A stretch of DNA of 64,000 nucleotides from the human T2T-CHM13v2.0 reference genome, Homo sapiens: the NCBI RefSeq assembly GCF_009914755.1, contig NC_060942.1; one strand, 5' to 3'. The first letter of the stretch is position 1. Each line of letters starts with the position of its first letter. This document shows, piece by piece, positions 53,720 through 64,000 of the stretch. The notes below the pieces were generated by a model. The model was not told the origin of the DNA and did no database searches. It saw only the letters and a list, made by a program, of their open reading frames with translations. Position numbers and translations under genes: made by a program.

Positions 53720-54104
53720 CAATCTCCAGTCCTCTCTTCCTTTTAGTAACAGAACTCCATTTTTTTGACCAGGCATATTCCTGTTCAACTAAGATATATT
53801 TAAGTCTCTAAGAGTGGACAGTCACTTCTTTATCCCTTCCTCCATCCTGCTGTTAGGAACATGGAAATTTTAGCTAGAACTCCAGCAGCCATCTTGGACC
53901 CAGAAATCAAGGGCCATACTTTAGGGTTAACAGTGTAAGAAACTACAAGGAGGCTGGGTTCCTGATGACAGCAGAGCTGCCAAACCAGCCTTTAATCGTC
54001 CACCTCTGGACTTCTTTTACAAAAGAAACAAACTAGTCATATGTTTAAGCTATTATTTTTCAGGTCTCTGTTATTCATAGCCAAACCTAAGCCTAACTGA
54101 TACA
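53720..54104. mobile_element. Old MLT1-type LTR fragment
   Basis: CAGCAGCCATCTTGGACC...GTTTAAGCTATTATTTTTCAGGTCTCTGTTATTCATAGCCAAACCTAAGCCTAACTGATACA. Confidence 0.65.
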
Positions 54105-55392
54105 GGTAGGGTTTTCAAAGTATTCTGGGTGGAGGGTTGCATGACATATTTTGAAGGAATAATTGTCAAGATTCAGTGACTGACTCAACCTAACAAAGAA
54201 ATTTGTCATCGATCATATGATGGACAAAAGGTTTTAAATGCCCAAAAGACTGAGCAATAAAAGAAAAGATAAGCTTTTTAAAAATAATTATTCCAATGTC
54301 CTTATTGGAAAGTTTCAGCCACTTTCATTGCCTGCATTTTTAAAGAATGTGATAAAAATCAGAGAAGATACCAAAATCACTAACCAAACTTCCTTAAGAA
54401 ATGAAAAAAACAAAAACTTTTACTAAATAAGACCTATATGTAAAGTTGTTCCCAGCCCCACTAGTTCATTTTGTCTAGAATTAAGTAATGTGAGGATAAC
54501 TTACAAACTGTTTACAAGCAAAGTTCAAAGCATAAAGCTCTGCTAAAAACCTTACTAGAAAAAAAAATGCTTAAAGGCAAGAGCAGATATTTAATAAGTC
54601 CCATCACATTTCCTGATAAATGGTGCACCACCACCAGAAAGCCAGAACCTTCACACCTAGAGACAGTAAGGACTTTGACAGCTAAGTAGGAAAGTGAAAC
54701 CCACTAGGAAACAGGATACCAAACTGGAGGACTCCCAGAAATCCTTTCAATCTTTAAGATTAGTCCTCTCTCTGTCCGAAGAAAGGAAAAGCAGCAATGG
54801 GCATCTTATCACTCTGCTCTTCTAGGCTCACAGCACTCTACCATTCCCAGCTGAGTCACAGAAGAACCTGAGAAGAGGCTGCTTCAAGTCCAAATCTCAC
54901 AGTAGTTCATTCTGCCTGAAGATATTCTCTCACTTTCATTAGGAGTCTTCTTTTGCTGCTGAAATGGGGGTGCCTTTATCTCCCACTTGGACAGAGAGTC
55001 CCTGCCTTCTCATCCTGGGCATGGGAACCATCATTGCCCCCAGCGTGTCCTGTGTCAAGTATCAGGTTAGCCCTCTGATTACACATATATACTATGTTTT
55101 AAGACATGAATATGAAAAAGAGACCAAAACGAAATATAGAAAAACTTTACATGGAGCTGTATTGCTTTTATACTTAAATCATTTTTAAAGGTCTCATTTT
55201 ACCAAAGCCTATACTACAAGTGTCACAGGTATTTCCCATATTTCACTAAAAGGAAAAATGAACAGTCTTCTCTAGATCTAACCATTCCCATTATCTACAA
55301 TCCTAAGTAAAAGACGGCCCTCTCGTTGCATGTACAGCAGCAAAAGAAATCACCTACTTTCTTAAGTCTCGGCAAAATATTCCAAAATACAC

Positions 55393-55865
55393 TGTGGTAG
55401 GTAGAATAATAGCCTCCAAAGATGTCCACATACTAATCCATGGAAGCTCTGATTATGTTGCTGGGAAAAGAGACTTTGCAGGCGTGATTAAATTAAGAAC
55501 CTCGAGGGGGGATTTATCCTGAATTAGCTAAGTGGGCCTGATTTAATTACATGGGTCCTTAAAAGCAGAGAACCTTTCCCACTTGTGGTCAGAGACTTGA
55601 GGATGGAAGTATGATCAGAGAGATGCAACACTGGTGGCTTTGAAGACAGAGGAGGTACGCCACAAGCCAAGGAAAGTGGCAGCCTCTAGAAGCTGGAAGA
55701 GGCATAGATGCCCCCTAGAAACCTCCAGAGAAGAACACAGCCTTGTTGACAGCCAGTGAGACCCACTTTGACTTCTAACCTACAGAACTGTAAAATAATA
55801 AATGCATTGTTTTAAGCCACTAAATTTGTGGTAACATGTTACAGCAATCATAGAAAACTGATACA
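55393..55865. mobile_element. MLT1 (MaLR) solo LTR
   Basis: TGTGGTAGGTAGAATAATAGCC...CAGAACTGTAAAATAATAAATGCATTGTTTTAAGCCACTAAATTTGTGGTAA...CTGATACA. Confidence 0.85.
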
Positions 55866-56292
55866 TAACATTAAACAACTTCTAATAATATGTGAAATTA
55901 TCTAGAAAAGCATAACCAAATTGCCCAAATATTTGGAGCAATATAAGAAAGAGCCATTTGTACATGTTGTAACATATTTCACTTCTATTTCTCTCCTGCC
56001 CTCCATTCATTAAAAAGCCTACCAAAGTGACAATTCTTCAAACTTTCTGTAGAAAAATGAGCCATATTAATAAAAAAAAAAGGAACAATCAGGATGGCAG
56101 GATCTAATGGAAAAATCAGGAGATAATTATGCCACATTTTTCAGAGTCAAACATAAAAGCGTTTGCACTGTTTATCCTCTTTGTATCAAATGGATTACCA
56201 CACTTTTTTAAAGTACAGTAAATCTTTCTAGATATTAAAAACTATTAATTTTTATGTGTGATAATGGTATTCTGGGCCTATTAAAAAGAGCA

Positions 56293-56603
<311 letters not shown>

Positions 56604-58135
56604 TCAATCTTCTACAGATATATATTGAAATATTTACAGATGAAATTGAATGTCTATGATTTGCTTTAAAATAATTGTGAGTGGGGATAGGAATGCATAG
56701 GGACATAGATGAAATTAAATTGGCATGAGTTAACTGCTGAAGCTGGGTAATGGGTACATGGGAGTACCCTTTATTATTTCACTGTGTGAACTTTTCTATG
56801 GTTAAAAGGTGCAAAAACATAAAAACTCCTTGACCTATATGTCGTAACAACACAGACTTCTTAATAGCTGAATCTCCTTCCTATTAACATTGCCCCAACT
56901 CAGTTCTCTGCCATTTAATCCACTTGCGACTGATAGTTTCATCAATTATTCCAACTCATTTTGCCCTATGTACTCAGTTTATGAGCTTAAGGCAGACACC
57001 TAACCTCTAAAAGACTAGTTCTTCATTTACAGAATGGGAATATTCATACTTGTCCGGTCTATCTCCAAGTTGCTGAGAGGATTATCTAAAATAAAACTTC
57101 AAAGCAGGATAATCACTCCAGAAATCCATATATTCATAAATTTCATCCTCTGCAACAACCATTCACCCATTCCTATAGATTCTCTTCCCTTCCACCTCGT
57201 TCTTCTCTTGAGCCCTCAACTCATCAGCCTAAGCACCTGAGTTCCTCTGGTGGACGCTACATTCCTCTCCACGGCCTCCACCCTCCAGGTTTTCATCCTT
57301 CAGCACATCACCCTTGCTCTACACACCCCTCTCTCCAACTTCCCCTCTCCTCTTTCAAGGAACTCACTCCATCTGTGCCCCCTAATCAGTCTATCCTGGG
57401 TACCCGCTTTGCTGGCCGATTACAATCATCCCATCACTTCTCTACCCCTGTTCAGTAGAGAACAGCTTTATCCAATCAGCTTTACCACACCAATACCCTC
57501 AAACCCCACTACTGCCCCCAGTTCACAAACACCCACCCTTTCACTTTTCAGTCAAAACACAATTGCTCAGGCAAATCCACGGCGACTGAAAGTAGATCAA
57601 TAGTGTAGGGGAGAGAAGGAGGAGTGACTGCTAATGGGTACGAGCTTCTTTGGGGCGGGGGGGGCGGTGATTAAAAATGCTCTGGAGTTAAGGGTGGTGA
57701 TGGCTGCTCAACCCTGTGAATATACTAAAAACCACTGAGTTGTACTTTTAAAGGGTTAATTTTCTGATATGTTAGTTATACCTCGATAAACTATGAATGT
57801 AAAAAGAAGAAAGAAAAACCCAACAGCTATTGCTCACCCTGCCCATCACACGCCCATTTGTCAGACCAACACCGCCCCATCTCCGGAAGCACCGACTTGG
57901 CCTTCCGTATCCCCCAACTCCCAACAGCGGACTCGGACAGAGGTCCGTCCGCTGTCAGCACAGCCCCTCCGGGTGGCCCAGGCGCCCGCGGGCAGGGAAG
58001 GGAGGGTCCCTTCGCCGCCGCCCCGGGGCGCTGGCCGGGTTGCGGAGGGTGGCCCCTGACCCCCTCTGACAGGAGGCCGGGGACAGCCAGGCTTTCGGGC
58101 CCGGCCGCGCTGAGGGGGGCGGCGCTACAGCCCAC

Positions 58136-58450
58136 CTGTCTCAGCCGGCTGGGGGATCTGCTCCAGCTCCACGGACCCGCGGACGGATGGGAGGGTGGCA
58201 GAGGGGTCAGGAGAAGTCGCTGTCGCCGCCGCAGCCCAGGTGGCGCACACCGGCTCAGGCCTCCATGTTTCCACGTCTCAGCGGGTACAGATCCGGCTCC
58301 GGTCCGGCCTGCAGCTCGGCCCCGGCTCGGCTCCAGCCCGGGCCGCGTCGGTGCGGAGGCCAGGAGGCGGCGAGAGAAGAGGGAAGCGACCGAGAACGCG
58401 GCTAGGGACCAGACCCCCAGGCGCGCGCGCCAGCCAGGTGGTCACGTGGC
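58136..58450 (-). other. DYM: DYM non-coding exon 1 (TSS position approximate)
   Basis: Lies inside the CpG island. Donor GACAG|GTGGGC at 58136/58135. No long ATG-initiated ORF in the sense direction. The 5' end cannot be fixed from sequence. Confidence 0.75.
58441..58450. promoter_or_regulatory. E-box GTCACGTGGC (USF/MiT-TFE type; contains GASE ACGTGGC)
   Basis: Motif read directly at the presumed TSS region. Confidence 0.6.
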
Positions 58451-58464
58451 ACGCGGCGCGCGCG

Positions 58465-58485
58465 GGCTTCTGGAAACTGTAGTCC
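58465..58485 (-). promoter_or_regulatory. ZNF143 (SBS)-type motif GGACTACAGTTTCCAGAAGCC
   Basis: Near match to the ACTACAnnTCCCAnnAnGC promoter motif typical of CpG-island housekeeping promoters. Confidence 0.65.
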
Positions 58486-58538
58486 TTTGGGTGTTATTCG
58501 TGCCTCCGCCCTCCTAGTACCTCCTGGGCTACCGCAAA

Positions 58539-58548
58539 GCCACGTGGC
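58539..58548. promoter_or_regulatory. Palindromic E-box GCCACGTGGC (GASE on both strands)
   Basis: Perfect 10-bp palindrome read directly. Confidence 0.6.
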
Positions 58549-58569
58549 GAAATCGAGAAGCGCAAAAAC

Positions 58570-58893
<324 letters not shown>

Positions 58894-59559
58894 GAGAAGC
58901 GCAAAAACCTCACCTGCCGGGTGCTAGAGTCAACCTCACCTGCCAGGTGCTAGAGTCCTCGCTCATGCTACACCGCTCGTTCTGGCGGCTTAACCTTATT
59001 AAGGCCTCTGTTAATTGCAGCTGAATAACCATCCCAAAGTCAAGCAATATTGTGTGGGATTCTGGAGAATTGAGAAATAGCAAAATAATTTTTGATGGAG
59101 GCAGCTGGCAGGGCTAGCCCTGCCTGCAAAGTTGTCGGAAAGGACAGGTCCCACGGGAAAGAGTAGCAATATGAGATAGTGCCAAAACTATGGAATTTGA
59201 AGTCAAATGAGCTGAGGTTTCCACACTGACGTCTTTGAGCAATTACTTCACCTCTCTCAGCCAGTTTCCTCACCTAAAATATATGCATGATGATGATTCT
59301 GCCATTACAGGAAATGTTGACATGACTGTAGTAATAACAATTCACATTATGGATTATTTTCTATTTGCCATGCACTATTATTTCGCAAAATGACCCTATG
59401 GAACAGATAGCACCGTTATTCCCATTATATAGTCAATATGTGCCAGTGTACTCTGTAAAGTACTATACAAATATTAGGTATTCTTTTCTAGCATAGACTG
59501 CCAGTAAATTCACTGAGCTTGCAGAATTATGACAGGAAAACATATTAAAACCCAAAGTA

Positions 59560-59858
59560 GACTGGGCCCTGTGGCTTATGCCTGTAATCCCAATACTTTG
59601 GGAGGCTAAGGTGGGAGGATCACTTGAGCCCAGGAGTTCGGAAGGACCAGCCTGAGCAACATAGCGATACACTGTCTCAACAAAAAATACAAAAATTAGC
59701 TGGGAGTGGTTGGCACACCCTCGGTCCCGGCTACTCGGGAGGCTGATGTGGGAAAATCGCTTGAGCCCGGGAGGTTGAGGCTTCAGGGAGCCATAATCTC
59801 ACCATTGCACTCTACCCTGGGCAACAGAACGAGACACTGTCTCAAAAAAAAAAAAAAA
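59560..59858 (+). mobile_element. AluJ
   Basis: Full Alu. Confidence 0.9.
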
Positions 59859-60000
59859 CCCCAAACTACCTAACTAAAAAGCCATAGACACTACTATGCA
59901 GTCATTGTAAAGAATGCTATGGATGCATATTTATTTGAAAACATTTTCATGATACACTGAGTGGAAACATATATAGTATCAAATTTTCATAAGTGAATTA

Positions 60001-60041
60001 TATTAGGTTGGTGCAAAACTAATTGTGGTTTTGCCACTTAA
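60001..60041. mobile_element. MADE1 (Hsmar1-derived MITE), one arm
   Basis: TATTAGGTTGGTGCAAAACTAATTGTGGTTTTGCCA matches the mariner TIR. Confidence 0.8.
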
Positions 60042-60294
60042 TATAATATTTATATTAATATATTAAATGATATATTAATATAACATATGTAATATATGTT
60101 TACTATAATATTTATAATACCTATGTATATGTGCTGTTGGAAAAAAGACAAATAATATTAACAATATTGCAACTTTGGGTAATGAGATCCTGTGTGGTTA
60201 AAATTAGTTTTTCCCTATGTTTTCTAATTTTTCTGCAAGGAATATGAAGTACATGTACAATTTTATTTTAAAATTACAGCAAAAAGAGACTCAG

Positions 60295-60590
60295 GGCTGG
60301 GCGTGGTGACTCATGCCTGTGATCCCAACACTTTGGGAGGCCGAAGCAGGCAGATCACCTGAGGTCAGCAGTTTGAGACCAGCCTGCCCATCATGGCGAA
60401 ACCCCGTCTCTACGAAAAATACAAAATTAGCCAGGCATGCGCCTGTAGCCCCAACTACTCAGGAGGCTGATGCAGGAGAATCACTTGAACCCAGACGGTG
60501 GAGGTTGCCACGAGCCGAGATCATACCCCTGTACTCCAGCCTGGGTGACAGAGCCAGACTCTGTCTCAAAAAAATAAAAAATAAAAAAAG
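60295..60590 (+). mobile_element. AluS
   Basis: Full Alu; TSD AAAAAGAGACTCAGG. Confidence 0.92.
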
Positions 60591-60960
60591 AGACTCAGGC
60601 ATGAAAACCTAACTCAAAATATTTTTTAATATTGCCTGGCACACAGTCTACTTTCCCCAGACTGACTCAGCAACAGTTGTGAGCATCTCCTCAAAACTGG
60701 CTTTATAGACCTAAGAAGCAAAATATTTTATTTCAAGGGGATCCTATTAGTGAAATTTTACATCGTCTCCCTTTGGTCATTTTTGGATGACTTGAAATAA
60801 ACAGTCTTGCCTGTGTTCCTAGGCAAATGTTATAATGTTGCTAGGCAAATATCATAAATCGGAAGATAAGATTAGGAATATTTTTTACTACGTAGGAAGT
60901 GTTGAGTTAGAGTAGCAGTCCTTATGCACCTTTTTTGTACATGTAATGTGCAAATTATTA

Positions 60961-61352
<392 letters not shown>

Positions 61353-61668
61353 TCAGTGTCTAGTTAGTGCAGGAACAGCAATAGAAAATGTATGAAATCC
61401 TTCCACTAAATCCAATAGGATATCCTGGACTGCATCCTGGAATTGAAAAAGGCAATAGTGGAAAGCCTGATGAAACCTAAATGAAGTTTAGAGTTTAGTT
61501 AACAGTATTGTACCAATGCTGATTATCTAGTTTTGACAAAATGATGCTGTGGTTATATAAAATGTTAACGTTAAGGAAAGCTGGGTGATGGATATACGGT
61601 AACTCTCTACACCTTGCAGCTGTTCTTATTACTAAATATTACATTATTCCACGTGGTGGACAGAATAC

Positions 61669-61956
<288 letters not shown>

Positions 61957-62254
61957 TTACATTAAAAACAGGAGGAAAAGAAGAATGGAGATGTAAAGTG
62001 GAGCCAAATATCCTTCAAGCCCTGGTAGGCCTCTGAGGTTTCTATAACTACAAGTTTGCAAGGTCTGGACTGCAAACAGACTTCATGTGTCTTTAGAGCT
62101 GGAGGGGGACTGACTTTCTTTGTAGAAGCTAAAGGGCCAGAAAGGACCCATACGTAACAGAAGGACCCTCTGCAAGCAGGACCAAGACAGTCCCCAGATT
62201 ATTGTCTTGAGGCTGTTCCAAGAACAGCACTCAGGCTTCCACTTCCCCAAGAAA

Positions 62255-62410
62255 GAAGAGCAGACTTTGGAGTCAGACAGATCTGGGTTGAATTCTGGTT
62301 CCACAATTTCTGAGCTAAACGATTTGGGGAAAGCTACTTAACATCTCTGAGCCTCAGTTTTCTCCTCATGAAGGTGCTGTGAGAACGAAATTAAGTAATG
62401 CATGTAGCGT
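62255..62410. mobile_element. MIR
   Basis: AGACTTTGGAGTCAGACAGATCTGGGTTGAATTCTGG...CTCTGAGCCTCAGTTTTCTC. Confidence 0.8.
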
Positions 62411-63571
62411 GTCATTTTCAATGTTAGTTCATCTGCATAATCCAGATGGTGGACAGCTCGCATGTCTTAGTTGCCAGCACCTGGCCACTCCTCCAAGGAG
62501 GGATGAAGGTCAAACAGAACCTGTCCAGGGAAGGGCAGTCAGGATGGTGAGAGATCTGGAAATTACGTCCCATGTGGAAGGGCTGAAGGAACTGAGTATG
62601 AAGAACTAGACTAAGAGGAGACTTGTGATAAGTAGAACCATCCTCAGGGGGGCATGATTAGACTTATTTTCTGTTATGCCAATGAGCCAAATTAAGACCA
62701 AGTTTTCGAAGTTACAGAATGCAGATTTCAGCTCCATATAAGAACTTTCTGAAAACAATATCAGCAGCAATAATTGTCAATTCACATTACAGGCTGTTTT
62801 CTGTGAGCAAGGCACTGTTATCTTATTTAAGTCTCCAAATAACCCTATGAGAAAGGGTGCAGTAGAAAGTTATTTAATGACTCAGGAATCACTTCACCAT
62901 AGGTGGTTCAGTGAAATTAAGCTTACTAGTAGTGAAATGGTCTATGTGGAAGAGAAATGAGATCCCAATCACTGCATGTGTTCAAGCAGAGGCTGGCTGA
63001 ACAGGTAGTAAAATAAAGTTACAACAGCGTAGGGAATGTTAGTGATTTGAGTTCTAGGGACATGAGAGGATTCCGACAGAGATGCACAGCCAGTGAGCTG
63101 CACAAATGACTGAGCAAGCTCCTGAACCGGCGTCCTCTAAGGCCTCCTGTGGTGCTATGGTAATGAATTCCTTGCAAGGCCAGCTGTTAGCAGCAAGACT
63201 CAGAAAGTGCTGCAGAGAGTTTGAATGCTCCAAAAGCAGTGACTCCAGCATTCCTGGGTATTGCCTGCCTGATAAGGTAAGAAGCTACACAGTTCGTTCT
63301 CCAGTCCCTCCTGCATGCAGGAGAGCTTAGATGCACTCTACAGAGCCCCCATTCATTCTTCCTTTTCCTGAGCCCTTAGCCTAGCCTGGGGAAAGAGGTT
63401 GAGACAGCCTGATCACTATGGGTCCTGGTGGCCTTCTGGCCATCAGAAAAGATGTCAGAGGAGCAGTTCTGATGGCAGAACTTAGGGAGGGGGCACAGTG
63501 CAGCTGTCACTGTCTCCTTCCTGTCTGGGACAAATTAGGAAAAGTCACAAACTAATAATAGTTAACATGGG

Positions 63572-64000
<429 letters not shown>

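Noticed and set aside
57858-58517. 219-aa ORF (and overlapping shorter ORFs) on + across the CpG island
   Set aside because: Low-complexity Arg/Gly/Pro/Ala translation expected from stop-poor GC-rich DNA; antisense to DYM exon 1; no recognisable domain.
63054-63330. Short ORFs and a plus-strand donor (AAG|GTAAGA ~63276) upstream of DYM
   Set aside because: Isolated motif with no matching acceptor or recognisable product; cannot support a lncRNA or gene from sequence alone.

Overview
Primate (almost certainly human) genomic DNA containing the 5' end of DYM (dymeclin, chr18q21) on the minus strand. It has a CpG-island promoter with a non-coding exon 1 (~58136-58450), a ~30 kb intron 1, and exon 2 (27685-27877) with the start codon, encoding [46 protein letters not shown]. 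Intron 2 runs off the left end. Much of the rest is transposon-derived: about 40 Alus, a full-length but dead L1PA (17973-24000) antisense to DYM, older L1/L2/MIR/MaLR pieces and a near-complete Cheshire-type hAT DNA transposon. The most unusual structures are (i) a ~7.8 kb ERV1 element built like an L1-retroposed RNA (R-U5-int-U3-R-polyA with a long TSD) rather than a provirus, (ii) a fold-back, two-headed LTR12 inserted inside it, with one arm pointing at DYM exon 2, (iii) 27 perfect copies of a 30-bp self-hairpin AT-rich minisatellite, (iv) GASE/E-box motifs at the promoter of this Golgi gene and two 3-codon uORFs in its leader, and (v) an L1 ORF0/antisense promoter in DYM-sense orientation. 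I see no evidence of a new protein-coding system. Repeat subfamily names are from recognition, not a database search, and boundaries are approximate unless a TSD is given.
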